A stretch of DNA of 50,145 nucleotides from positions 1-50,145 of IMG/VR virus record IMGVR_UViG_3300047678_000278, one strand, 5' to 3'. Source of the DNA: a virus. This document shows positions 32,451 through 43,200 of the stretch, piece after piece. A program made the position numbers and the translations under genes. The notes under the pieces are model-generated. The model saw only the letters and a program-made list of their open reading frames with translations. It was not told the origin of the DNA and did not search any database. How positions within the stretch are numbered: the first letter of the stretch is position 1; every line of letters begins with the position of its first letter.

Positions 32451-33437
32451 ATGGCGTCTTTCTATCGCGGTCTGAATCCTCAAGTCCTCTACATCGGAGA
32501 GTATCCGGCGCGGAGGGCTTATATTGGCACGGTCCAGGTTATAGGGCCGGAGGATTCATACCGCATGGGTATTGCGGGAATGGGGTATGGCGTTACTGGC
32601 TTGTATCAGGAAGCTTCGTATTCTTTCACTCCTGCTGGATATGAGTTTGGCGCATCAGTGATGCGTGTCACAGTGGGTCGGATTCCAATGGCTCCTGGCG
32701 GGTTTGAGTATGGCGGCGGGGACTTGACTGACCCGTTGACGCTGCACGATCCTTATTTTTCGAGTGTGGTATTTCTTTGTAGTTTCGACGGAGCGAATAA
32801 CTCGACGAGCTTCACGGATGATTCTCCTGTCGGGCGCACACTTACTCCGGTGAATAACGCGAAGGTGAGCACTTCTCAGTTTGTGTTTGGCGGGGCTTCT
32901 GCGTTTTTCGATGGAATCAATGATGCCGTCGAAGCCGCGGATAGCAATGACTGGCATCTGTTTAATTCAGTTGCGGATGAATTTACTGTAGAGGGGTGGT
33001 TTAGGGCAACCGCGCTTTCTAGCGACAGATTCATCTGCGGGCAAGCTGGCTGGTCGATCGGGACACAGATTTCATGGGCGGTGTATGTTGAGTCCGGGCA
33101 GTTGGTTTTCTACTATCGAGTCGCTTCTGGCGGACCGAACGTGATCATCACTAGCTCTGGCGCAGGAATCACCACCAACACGTGGTATCACTTCGCGGTA
33201 GATAAATCGTCTGCCGGGGTCTTCCGGTTATATATTAACGGTGTTATGGTTGGTACGGCGACTCCGGCCACGCAAACACTGAATAACTCCACGGTTGCTT
33301 TCCGCGTGGGTCTTTCAGCCAATAACCTTAGTGATTTCGCAGGGCACATTGATGAGTTGCGAATCACTAAGGGAGTTGCACGTTATAAGTCTAACTCTGG
33401 TTTCACAGTCCCGACTGCTGCATATCCGAAATCTTGA
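32451..33437 (+). CDS. LamG/concanavalin-A-like lectin-domain protein
   Basis: Track ORF. FDGINDAVEAADS...FTVEGWFRA...NTWYHFAVDK...FRLYINGV...GHIDELRITKG fits a Laminin_G_3 pattern. Confidence 0.65.
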   Translation: MASFYRGLNPQVLYIGEYPARRAYIGTVQVIGPEDSYRMGIAGMGYGVTGLYQEASYSFTPAGYEFGASVMRVTVGRIPMAPGGFEYGGGDLTDPLTLHDPYFSSVVFLCSFDGANNSTSFTDDSPVGRTLTPVNNAKVSTSQFVFGGASAFFDGINDAVEAADSNDWHLFNSVADEFTVEGWFRATALSSDRFICGQAGWSIGTQISWAVYVESGQLVFYYRVASGGPNVIITSSGAGITTNTWYHFAVDKSSAGVFRLYINGVMVGTATPATQTLNNSTVAFRVGLSANNLSDFAGHIDELRITKGVARYKSNSGFTVPTAAYPKS

Positions 33438-33447
33438 GGATTGAACG

Positions 33448-35406
33448 ATGCCAAAAGTTCGTCATAGAATCCAAGAGATCAAGGGGATTGATCCGGCGAT
33501 AGAGAGTCGCCCGATCGACGACACGCGCATTTTAAGCGGTCGGAACTTCATGTGGGACTCGAAAGGTCCGAAGTCGGGATTCGGAACAAGACTGCTTGCG
33601 AATGGGCAGGTGATTGAGCAGCCAGATGGAGTCGTGCAGTCGATTGAGATCGGCGGGCAGTCGTTTGTATTCACTTCGACGAAAATCTGGGTGTTGAGTG
33701 ATGATACGCTGGAGTTTGTTGAGATTTATGATCTGACTCCGGTATACGGCACTGCCGTTGATCCGTGGAGAAAGAAATGGACTGCGGCGTATCTCTCGAA
33801 AGGGATTTATTTCGCGCATTACGACTTCGGGCTCTTCAAGGCCGGGCGCGATGGACTCGATTGGCTCTTTATCCCCCGCACGCAGGAGGATATTCCCGGG
33901 ATTCCTTACCAGCCTATCGCCGTGGCGGAGACGTCTGGGCGGTTAGTGATTCTGGGAAGGAAATATCTCGGCTGGAGCTCCCCGTCGAATGCTGAGCGGT
34001 GGATTCCCGAGCTCGGCGGCGCTGGTCAGCAGCTGTTGAGTGATCGAGTCCATGGTCGGCCTGTGACCATGGAACCGTATCAAAACGGCGTGTTGGTCTG
34101 GACGGAGAACGATTGCTTGATCGTCGAGTTCATCGGCGGTGACACGGTATTTCGCTATGACCGGATGCATACGCGACAGATTCCTCTCGGCGCATGGGGA
34201 ATTGAGCGGTTGCCAGATGGTAGCCAGGTAATCATGACGAAACAGGGGTTGTTTCGAACGGGGAATGCTTCGCAGCCTGTGCCGTTGACACCGCTGTTCA
34301 ACGAGTTCTTCCGGAGACGTCTCTCGGATCGCAATTTCCTCCAAGTCCGACTGACTTATATTCTTGAATATGACATACTGTATGTGCAGTGCCGGGATAC
34401 CACGAATCACTACGTCAACACCTTCCTTCTCTCGCTGACCCTCGACCGCTGGGGATCATTTGACGAGAGGCATTACGGAATCATCCGTTACCGAAATGAG
34501 CGCGGCGCGTTCGGCTATGTGGATAATGACGGCGTTGCGCATCGATTCGTCGACTATTCTCGTTGGCGTGAACGTGCAGGTGGGTCGTATGTGGGACTGG
34601 ATTCGTATGTCGAGATCGGTTATGTGAAGCCAGCCGAACTGCACCCGGAAATTGACTCTCTGCACGAGATACAGGAGATGTTTGTTGGCGGCATTCCGTC
34701 TCGTCCATCGTGGAGTGGGTTGAACGAAATTGATATGGGAGAGATTGTTATCCCGAATCCGTATACCTGCGATCCGTTTGAACTCACCGCGAATTACCTG
34801 ACGGGGGCGTATACGGTGAACGCTGAGTCGGTCCTGGCCGCGCAGGCCATGATCTTGTTCGAGGCGGCCGAAGTGTTCGCGGATGGATTGCAGGTATGGA
34901 GTGCAGGAGAGGGGAGGCCAAGAATCCCCGGGCAATCCCCGACCGCGGAGCTGTTCGCTGCTGCACTCGTGTGTGGCGTGACCATCATCATGGATGTGGA
35001 TGTTACGGCTGGAGTCAGCGGTCCGCTATTCAACCTGACAACGGGGGCGCCCGAAAGTCTCGCGATCACATTGGAGATGACTGAATACGGAACGGTGGCG
35101 CTGAACATTCCGTTTGGTGATTCGTTGGAAGCGACGCAAGCCGCCCCAACATCGATCGTGAAAGTCGGAGTTACGCTCGGACGTGAAGACGGCGACTCCA
35201 GGCACTATGCCGTTGTGATTAACGGGGAAACAGTCGACACAACGACGACAACGAACGAGCTCTGGGAGGATTTCATCCCGTCTGTCCTGCTTCAAATCGG
35301 CCACATTATCTCCGACGATGTGTATTTGGGTGCTGGGGAGTTCATTCGTTCCGTTCGCGTTATCTCCCCAGTATCGGATGCGCAACTCCAGACACTAACT
35401 GCTTGA
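33448..35406 (+). CDS. Large tail structural protein (652 aa), function unassigned
   Basis: Track ORF with GAGGA SD. Assigned by size and position in the tail module. Confidence 0.55.
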   Translation: MPKVRHRIQEIKGIDPAIESRPIDDTRILSGRNFMWDSKGPKSGFGTRLLANGQVIEQPDGVVQSIEIGGQSFVFTSTKIWVLSDDTLEFVEIYDLTPVYGTAVDPWRKKWTAAYLSKGIYFAHYDFGLFKAGRDGLDWLFIPRTQEDIPGIPYQPIAVAETSGRLVILGRKYLGWSSPSNAERWIPELGGAGQQLLSDRVHGRPVTMEPYQNGVLVWTENDCLIVEFIGGDTVFRYDRMHTRQIPLGAWGIERLPDGSQVIMTKQGLFRTGNASQPVPLTPLFNEFFRRRLSDRNFLQVRLTYILEYDILYVQCRDTTNHYVNTFLLSLTLDRWGSFDERHYGIIRYRNERGAFGYVDNDGVAHRFVDYSRWRERAGGSYVGLDSYVEIGYVKPAELHPEIDSLHEIQEMFVGGIPSRPSWSGLNEIDMGEIVIPNPYTCDPFELTANYLTGAYTVNAESVLAAQAMILFEAAEVFADGLQVWSAGEGRPRIPGQSPTAELFAAALVCGVTIIMDVDVTAGVSGPLFNLTTGAPESLAITLEMTEYGTVALNIPFGDSLEATQAAPTSIVKVGVTLGREDGDSRHYAVVINGETVDTTTTTNELWEDFIPSVLLQIGHIISDDVYLGAGEFIRSVRVISPVSDAQLQTLTA

Positions 35407-35427
35407 ACATAATCGGGAGTGATTTCG

Positions 35428-35763
35428 ATGCCGGATGAACTTGACGAGTTGGAAGACGGTGAGACTCTTGATTTGCAGGGCGCCGGGTTTGGGGTGGCAG
35501 AGACGACGTTTGAGTCGAACGGCCCTTACTCATTCCTGAATTTCATTGAATATGGAATTACGGTTGCGAGTGATTTGGACGGTCTGTATGATGAAATCGT
35601 AACGACTCCCGAAATGGCCAATGAGCAGGCAGCCGGGATTCTCTGGGTTCTTATGACCAGCGGTTTTTTCCATCGTATTCGATTCACAGCAAATGAAGTC
35701 GGAGACGGGTTTCACATCCGACTCTTTGAGGCGACGGTCTACTATCAGGGACAGCTATCGTGA
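35428..35763 (+). CDS. Hypothetical acidic protein (111 aa)
   Basis: The track ORF starts at GTG 35419. ATG 35428 has GGGAG 9 nt upstream. Confidence 0.45.
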   Translation: MPDELDELEDGETLDLQGAGFGVAETTFESNGPYSFLNFIEYGITVASDLDGLYDEIVTTPEMANEQAAGILWVLMTSGFFHRIRFTANEVGDGFHIRLFEATVYYQGQLS

Positions 35764-37022
35764 AAACTCTGCTCAATCCTCGTGCTGATACCGCCACAAA
35801 CGATGCTTACACCGGACCGGCGAGTCAGCTTACCGTTGACACGAGTCGATGGGAGCTGCGGCTGCATGATGGCGTGACGCCGGGCGGGCACCGGATTCTG
35901 AACCTTCAACAGCTCCTCTTGCTGTTCATGAGCAAGGATTCGGAATTCGGTGAGGTTGCATTCGCGGAGGGAGAGCTTGGGTATCTGGTGCGAATCGGTG
36001 ACCGCCAGTATGAGCTCCGAGAGATTACGGCTGACGTGAATGGCGGAGTCATCGTCACCAATGGGCTGGCGACGGCAGCGAATACCAGCATTAAGATCGA
36101 TACGGCGTGGCTGAGCAAGCAGGTCTCGGATTTGCGCGCGAGTGGGATTCGTTATCTCGTCACCGCGGGCACAAACATCGCTCTGACTCTCTCGATTCCA
36201 GTCGCCAATCCGGACTACGATCCGGAGGACGAGGAGTCAGAAGAGCCGGAAACAGTTACCGATATTCCGTGGCCGGCAGAGGCGGTCAATGGGACTTTGC
36301 TGGGAGTCAAATTCCACATCAACGTCTTGAATACGGCGACGCTTTCGATCAATGGGCAGGCGGGGAAGCCGATTCTTCTGGCCGGCAACGTCTCGAATAT
36401 CGAGAAGACGGCGCTGATTGGAGTACATGCCCTCTTGATGAAGGTGGACACCAGCTGGATTGTGATCGGCGCCTACCGGGCAGATTTGATTCCGATCGTC
36501 GAAATCCCCGGACTGAATTTCACCGAGGCCACGACTGACCCGGTGGTGGCAGCGGTTCCGGCGAAGAATGTGCAGGAAGCACTCACGGCGTTGAAGCGTT
36601 TGGTGGATGGTGACGACGACGATGATAATAATTTGGCAGGTGGCGCAAGCCTGCGATACATATTCGGCGCCCCGTCAGCATATGTGGGGACGCTGGATGC
36701 CCGAGTCGCCGCACTCACCAACGGGCAAGCATTCCTTGCCATGTGGAGTCAGTCGACCGGGAATGGTTCCCCTGAGAATCCCTTGGTCTACGCCACACAC
36801 GCCTACATGCTATTCAAATATCACGGCAAAGCATATGCCGCGGAAGTTGCAAAAGTGGGGAGTCAAGACAACTACGCCGACGTTTACGGAGCCACCACCC
36901 TTTACGGGATTCCATTGATCGCCATCGAGTATGGAATCGGCACCGGACCAGTCGGTGACCGCGTTCGTGCACAACACAAGGGGTTCATCACCCCTACCGT
37001 CAACCCGCTCAGCTTGGTCTAA
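35760..37022 (+). CDS. Tail fibre/spike-like protein (420 aa)
   Basis: Track ORF with a GTGA-coupled GTG start. N-terminal LTVDTSRWELRLHDGVTPGG is paralogous to the motif in 31673..32002. Confidence 0.55.
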   Translation: MKTLLNPRADTATNDAYTGPASQLTVDTSRWELRLHDGVTPGGHRILNLQQLLLLFMSKDSEFGEVAFAEGELGYLVRIGDRQYELREITADVNGGVIVTNGLATAANTSIKIDTAWLSKQVSDLRASGIRYLVTAGTNIALTLSIPVANPDYDPEDEESEEPETVTDIPWPAEAVNGTLLGVKFHINVLNTATLSINGQAGKPILLAGNVSNIEKTALIGVHALLMKVDTSWIVIGAYRADLIPIVEIPGLNFTEATTDPVVAAVPAKNVQEALTALKRLVDGDDDDDNNLAGGASLRYIFGAPSAYVGTLDARVAALTNGQAFLAMWSQSTGNGSPENPLVYATHAYMLFKYHGKAYAAEVAKVGSQDNYADVYGATTLYGIPLIAIEYGIGTGPVGDRVRAQHKGFITPTVNPLSLV

Positions 37023-37035
37023 GAGGAATATTCAG

Positions 37036-37734
37036 ATGTTCGAAAGCATTCTTGGAATCCTCGGCAGTCTCGGCGGCTTGTTCGGTGGGAACAAGAAGCA
37101 GACTCAGCACGAGTCGTGGAATGAGTGGAAAGAGAATTGGTCGAAGGCTGATTCTCAAGATCTCTCCCCGGAGCTTCTGAAGAGCCTCGAAGGGCTGTTC
37201 ATGAAGCAGATGAACTCTGGGCAGTTCGAGAGTGGGACCAATGCGATTCAGGGCCGACTCGAGCAGCTGATGAAGCAGTCGCAGGACCCGCAGTTCGATG
37301 TGGATAAGTACGCGTCGGGGATTCGTGACCAGGCTACTTCGGCGGCGCAACTTGATCTCGAGTCCGGCATCAACTCCATGCTTTCTCAAGCGGGGGTGAG
37401 CGAGGGCGGGAACTCGATGAACGCTCTCATGGCGAACAAAATGCGGAATACGACGGCCGCGAATCTCGGTGGCGTCTTCTCCCAGGCATATGGGGAGGGT
37501 GAGCAGATTCGTCAGGCGCAGCAGGGTCAGCTGACCGAAGGTATCCAAGGGCTCGGCGGATCGTTGGTGGAGTCCATGCTCGGACTCATCGGCGCCACTC
37601 GCGGTGCCTCGCAGACAGGGAAGAGCCAGACTCTGGAGCATGGCTGGGGCAAGAGCACGGCCAGCACGAAGGGTGCGCAGGGGATTCCCGACAATGACTA
37701 CCTCGGTGACTTCTTCAAGAATTTCTTCAAGTAG
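37036..37734 (+). CDS. Putative internal virion protein (232 aa)
   Basis: Track ORF trimmed to MFESILGILGSLGGLFGG, which follows AAGAGGAA. It is the first of three terminal genes of rising size, an arrangement like T7 gp14/15/16 (analogy only). Confidence 0.4.
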   Translation: MFESILGILGSLGGLFGGNKKQTQHESWNEWKENWSKADSQDLSPELLKSLEGLFMKQMNSGQFESGTNAIQGRLEQLMKQSQDPQFDVDKYASGIRDQATSAAQLDLESGINSMLSQAGVSEGGNSMNALMANKMRNTTAANLGGVFSQAYGEGEQIRQAQQGQLTEGIQGLGGSLVESMLGLIGATRGASQTGKSQTLEHGWGKSTASTKGAQGIPDNDYLGDFFKNFFK

Positions 37735-37748
37735 GTGGAGGCTAACCA

Positions 37749-40256
37749 GTGGCCGGTTTTGACTTCCAGGCTCTTCAGAGTCAAATGGACGAACACAATG
37801 CCCTCGCGGAACAGCGGCGGCAGATGGAGGAGGCTGCGGCTCAAAGACAGCGGCAGATTGCTGAGAAGTCGGCAAGGTTGACGAGTCAATATGGCCAGTC
37901 TCTCACATTCCTGAGGGATACGCTGGAGCAGAATAACGCGGCAGTGACTCGTGAACGGAAACTGCAAAGCGGGAACATTTTCGATCAAATCACCCTCGAA
38001 GGGTTGAAGATGATTGACCCGAATCGATTCGATGCTCAGCGCCGGTCGCAGCGGTTATCGGAAGACATGCAGCGCGCAGGTGCGGTTGGGCAGCTGCATA
38101 ACGCGAATCAGAGTGTCCTACAGGCTGAAGCAATGGAGGGTGCTTCGCAGGTAGAGGAGATGAAAACGATCGAGGGTCTGTCGCTTCAGCGGCTGAAGAG
38201 CTTTCGTGAGTCCGCCGAGATCATGCGCGGGAATTTCGAGGCCGCGGAGACGATGACTATACTCGCGACCAACGGTATGGATACGAGTCAACTCGACGCC
38301 GCAATCGCGCAGGCGCAGTTGAGTGGCGGGAAGACGAATATCGGCGGCGTGGATATCTCGTTGGATCGGCTGAAGGGACTCCGGACTGACCGTTCCGAAG
38401 TGGAATTCACTCGGGAGTATCGCGGACTCATTCAAGAGCGCCAGCTATTCGAAGCGCAGGAGCTGGTGAAGAACATTCCCGGCGAGCAGGCGATCAATGA
38501 TGTGAAGCGGCGCCCGGAGAACGTGCAGGCCGAGCAGTTGTTGGCGCAGGAGTCGGTGAACGACCGTCTCCGAATCATGGACCAGCGCGCGCAGGAACGG
38601 ATGCTCGGGCATGTGCCGTTGGAACGAATCAATGAGATCCGTGCGAACAATTACATCGATCCCGAAGATGGGATGAAGTACGATCCGGCGATCGTGGACA
38701 CTGCGCACTCACGGCAGCTGGCTGCGAGAAGTGACACCATTGCCAACCGCGTGAATGAAGAGACGTTCAAGCAGTATGATACGAAGGCGCTGATGGGTGA
38801 GGCGGATCGAGTCGATGCTCTCATGCCGCGATTCCCTGCGAATTCCCCGTTGGCTCAGACGGCTTACAAATACAAGCAGACTCTCGCTACCGTCAGCAAC
38901 GTGGTTGGTCCGGATCGTCCGGCCACCGATCGTATGGTTGGTATGACTATGTTGGATGCTGCGCGATCAGCATTCGACAAAGCGATCGATGCTCAAGTCA
39001 AGGTCGATACCAAAGACGCGAATATGCAGGAGGTATACCGGGAGTTCTACCGCGGCAATCCGATTCCGACGGAGAATCTCTTCTCAGCTCTCGATGAACG
39101 CCTACGCTCCAACAAATCACTCTCCGGAGTCCTTCCGGCTGACCTCGCGATTCGTGTGCAGAAATACTACGCGCAGGGATATCAGCAGAAGAAAGTTGCT
39201 TCCATGGGCAGTATCGGTGGCGGAACTGATGACAAGCTCCTCCGTGCTGAAGCGGCGCAGGAAGCACTCGATCGAACCATCGGGGAGATGAGCGCTACTC
39301 AATCGAACGGCGCCATTCTCGATCAGATCAACTTCCCCGGCCATCCGCTTCGGTCCATGGGGAAGGAACGATTCATGTCGGTCATTGCGACCGCGGATCA
39401 GAAGGCATTCACAGTCTGGGCGGAAGGGAATAAACTGACTCCGGAGAACGCCTTCAAGATCAGTCAGGGTGAGACTGTGGAAGGACTCGATCCGGCCGAA
39501 GCGCAGTCGCTGTTCTCGCAGTTGCAGCAGAGTCAGAATACGCAGCTCCTGCTTCAACTCGAAGCTCATCGCCCAGGCGCCGGAACCGAACTCACCGAAT
39601 GGTGGGCGCAGTCGGGGATGGATTATATCTCGAATATCAATCCGACTGTGCGTGGTGGCGCGACTGTGTCGGATGGCGTGGTGAATTCTCTGGTGAAGGA
39701 CCGGCTGCAGGAGCAGTTGAAGAACTACGGTCTGAATCTGTATCAAGCCGATGGCAACATTCGGCAGGAGCAGGCGAAAGACTTCGCAGGCATGATCAAT
39801 TTCGGCGGGAATCCCGAAGCCAGCCAGATCATCATGCTAAATATGGCGAAGGAACTCGGCCCGGATGAGAAGCGTCGAGTGTTCGATGGAGTCATCAAGC
39901 CGCTGCTGGTGGAAGCGGAGCAGCGTGGGCTGGGGTTCAAGGATGCGAATGCATTCGTGGAGAACGGGATTCTCAACCCCTCTCCCAACGTCGATCCAGG
40001 GGTGGTGTCGCTGCTGAAGACTCTGAAGCGGACTCGCGGCGACGTAGTCGATCACGTCGATCAGCTGGCGAGGTGGGGAGCCTATTATTACGCCTACAGT
40101 TGGGAGGGGTATGACGAGAAGACTCAGAACCCGACGCCCGACTATCTCGATTGGTATAAGGGTGGGCAGAAATTCAAGAAGGGTCCAGGATACCCGACTT
40201 CGGATGACAATACCCGCCCGAAGTATAAGCTCCCGCGCCTCGGAATCACCCCGTAA
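37749..40256 (+). CDS. Putative internal virion protein (835 aa)
   Basis: Track ORF. GTG start follows GGTGGAGG. Gln/Ala-rich helical sequence. Confidence 0.45.
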   Translation: MAGFDFQALQSQMDEHNALAEQRRQMEEAAAQRQRQIAEKSARLTSQYGQSLTFLRDTLEQNNAAVTRERKLQSGNIFDQITLEGLKMIDPNRFDAQRRSQRLSEDMQRAGAVGQLHNANQSVLQAEAMEGASQVEEMKTIEGLSLQRLKSFRESAEIMRGNFEAAETMTILATNGMDTSQLDAAIAQAQLSGGKTNIGGVDISLDRLKGLRTDRSEVEFTREYRGLIQERQLFEAQELVKNIPGEQAINDVKRRPENVQAEQLLAQESVNDRLRIMDQRAQERMLGHVPLERINEIRANNYIDPEDGMKYDPAIVDTAHSRQLAARSDTIANRVNEETFKQYDTKALMGEADRVDALMPRFPANSPLAQTAYKYKQTLATVSNVVGPDRPATDRMVGMTMLDAARSAFDKAIDAQVKVDTKDANMQEVYREFYRGNPIPTENLFSALDERLRSNKSLSGVLPADLAIRVQKYYAQGYQQKKVASMGSIGGGTDDKLLRAEAAQEALDRTIGEMSATQSNGAILDQINFPGHPLRSMGKERFMSVIATADQKAFTVWAEGNKLTPENAFKISQGETVEGLDPAEAQSLFSQLQQSQNTQLLLQLEAHRPGAGTELTEWWAQSGMDYISNINPTVRGGATVSDGVVNSLVKDRLQEQLKNYGLNLYQADGNIRQEQAKDFAGMINFGGNPEASQIIMLNMAKELGPDEKRRVFDGVIKPLLVEAEQRGLGFKDANAFVENGILNPSPNVDPGVVSLLKTLKRTRGDVVDHVDQLARWGAYYYAYSWEGYDEKTQNPTPDYLDWYKGGQKFKKGPGYPTSDDNTRPKYKLPRLGITP

Positions 40257-40268
40257 AGGACACCATAC

Positions 40269-43200
40269 ATGCCGTCCTTCAGCTCGTATTCGACTCAGCC
40301 TGATTACCTCTCCAAGAAGTTGGGTGGTGGGCAGAGTCAGCTTGCACTATCCGCGGCGCAGCAGATGGGTTTGACTCGTCAGCTCTTCAACTCGCAGGTT
40401 CAGGATCGTGAGCAGCAGAATATGGGGTGGACTCCATGGATTCTCCGCACCGGTGCTGCCGCGACGCTTGATTTCGTGGATGTGCTGAACTCCTCCAGCC
40501 CGTGGGGCATTGCTTCCAGGGGGATTGAGAGCGCAATCGGAATCAACATTCCCCTGAACGCACGCGGGGATATGTGGGACCTCACGGAAGAGTATGGGAT
40601 GGAGGCCGGGCGTGATTTAGCCCAATTCTACCGCGCAAATTCTACGATGGTTGAGGCAGTCGGAGGAATTGGTGGCGCGATCGCTACCGCCGGAATCGCC
40701 TCCTCGCTCGTCCTCCCGAAAATCACGAACGCACTCGCTTCATCTTCGATGATCTCCGGTTCCAAGCTTTGGCAGGCAGGGGCAAGAGTCAATGCATCCG
40801 TCAGATCGAGACTCGCCACGGCGCAAGCAGAAGCTGCTCAAAACGGTCAAGCGTTTAAGTATCTCTCAGGTCCGGGACTCCAGTACATCGGACTCCGCGC
40901 CACTCAGGGCGTTGGTGTCGCGGCTTTTGAGGAGGCTGCGATCATCGCTGCTATGAATCAGAACTCCCTGATCGTTGGCGATGACATGGCGAACAACCTG
41001 TTCTGGGCTTCAATCGGTATCACGGCTGGCGGAGCGCTTGGCGGTGTGGCGTCGAGATTCGAGATGCGCCGGATGCTGAATGACCAGAACATCGTGGCGC
41101 AGAGAGCGGTGGCAATGGACCCACAGAATGTATTGCGGATGTGGGAAGAGAATCCCTCGTCGTTCAACACCGGGCAAAAAGCGGGGAGTGGCGGGAAGGA
41201 GTCGGCGGTATACACGGCTCTGAGAGTTGCGAGTCGACAGGAGACCCCGACTTCAGCGAGCCCTGAGTTGGGCGGGAGACTTGACGCGTTCAGGAACCAG
41301 AATCTGGCAGAGTCCCAGATGGTTCTTCAGAAACTGACGACGCGCGGAATCGAGGGGAATAAGAACACGGGGTTCAGCGTCAACATCACTGATAAGAAAT
41401 ACAACTACGGCCAGCATCTGATGGAAGCGAGTCAAGAGAATCCGACTCTGCTCTTGGGTGCGGACTCGATCGGGACGTTCAATCGGGTGGATTTGAATGA
41501 CATCAAGCCGGATGTGATTTTGCCGGCCGATACCGGGAATGTGCTTCTGGATGCGGCTCGCGCTACATTCAAACAGTCTGGGCAGCCGAATGCGCAGGCA
41601 ATTTCGGTGCAGAAATTCAAGGCATCGCACACTCCGCAAGAAGTCCGGACGTATCGGAAGGAGTTGCTTCGGTTGCAGAAGCAGAGCGGGGAATGGGCGA
41701 AGAGAATGACGGCTGCGAAGGACAGCGGTTCGCCTCTCCGAGTCACGATGGAGGCTCGGAAGATTCACATCGAGTCCCTGTATGCAGCTGGCGATCCGGC
41801 TCTGGCGAAGAGGGCAAGGGAGCTGGAGATTCAGCAGCCGTTGATGCTGGTGAATAAGGGCTGGCTGCCGGCCGATACTGCGGATGCGTTTGAGTTCGCG
41901 CAGTACAAGCGAGGTTCAGTCAAGGTTTCGCAGCCGACAACTGGAGTGCATGATTATGCGCTCGGCCTCACTTCGGGCAGCAAACGGCGAGTGAATGAAT
42001 CACTGGATGCTGGCAAAATTCATAACCTCTCCACGAGCACTTGGCTGGAAACGGTCGAGGGCATGGGTGAGGTGATGAAAAAGATGATGCGCGCGAAGCA
42101 AGCACTCGTTGTGCCGAAGACTGCTTCGTGGTCACAGCTGGATGCGTTCCGAGAGTATGAGAAGCGTGGCGGCGTGGTTGACTGGAAGACGCAAGCCGGT
42201 ATGCAGGGTGCGGAAGACGCGGAACTGGCATCGATTCAGGCTAAAGCCAAGATCGTTGGGACGCTGGGGAATACCGGTGCTGGGGGATACTGGAATCGAC
42301 TCAAGCTGAACCTTCCGCTTCCGAGTTCTCTCGAACGAATCTACGATCCCGCCGGCGACACGATGCGCGCGGTGTTGGAAGCGGCTACCAAGGGCGCGAC
42401 ACTCGCTGAACTGAAGCAGCTTCGAGTCAACATGATGAACCAGCACGGGTTCAGGCTGAAGGAATCGGTCCCGAATCTCGATGGCGACATGTTCAATTTC
42501 AATCTTTCGGAACAGACGAAGGAGTGGATGGACACTCCGGTTGCCTTCTTTGATACGGCGCCGACAAATCCCGTATTCCACCAGGGTGTGATTGCGGAGC
42601 AGATCGCTGAGTTGAAGGCACATCGGTTCATCGCTTTGACTGAGAATGCGCTCCCTGGTCAGATGCTTCCGACTTTCACGAAACAGATCGTGAGTTCGCC
42701 AAATTTCGTGGAGTCTTCGAATATCCGTGGACTCGCGGACGATCAAGTTACGGGGTTAGGGAATTGGGGTACACAGTTGGCGGGGGAACTGCTGACTCGT
42801 GAACACCGGTATCGCGACTCGAAAGTCATGCTCTCTGCCCTGAAGATAGCGGAAGAGAAGACGCGCGGAACCGATGCGTATCTGCAAACCCTCGTCAAGA
42901 ACGAGATGGCCGATGTGATTCCTCGGCTCAACGCTGCCCCTGCAGCTGGGAGCAAGGTGCTGTTGAATCAGTTCCTCTCCAACACATCTGGTTGGGATTT
43001 GAGAGCCAGCCCGGTGATGACTGGCGGAGGGAAGTGGGCGTTTGAATTGGCAGAAACGCTGGCCAATGAGACGCGGTTGGGAAGGAAGGTAGTGCCGGGG
43101 GAGATACTGAAGAATCCTCGCACCGGAAATGAGATCGTGCTGGATGATCTTGGACTTGAGTTCATGACTCGGTTCAATTCAGCCAGTGAGTATATCCGAG

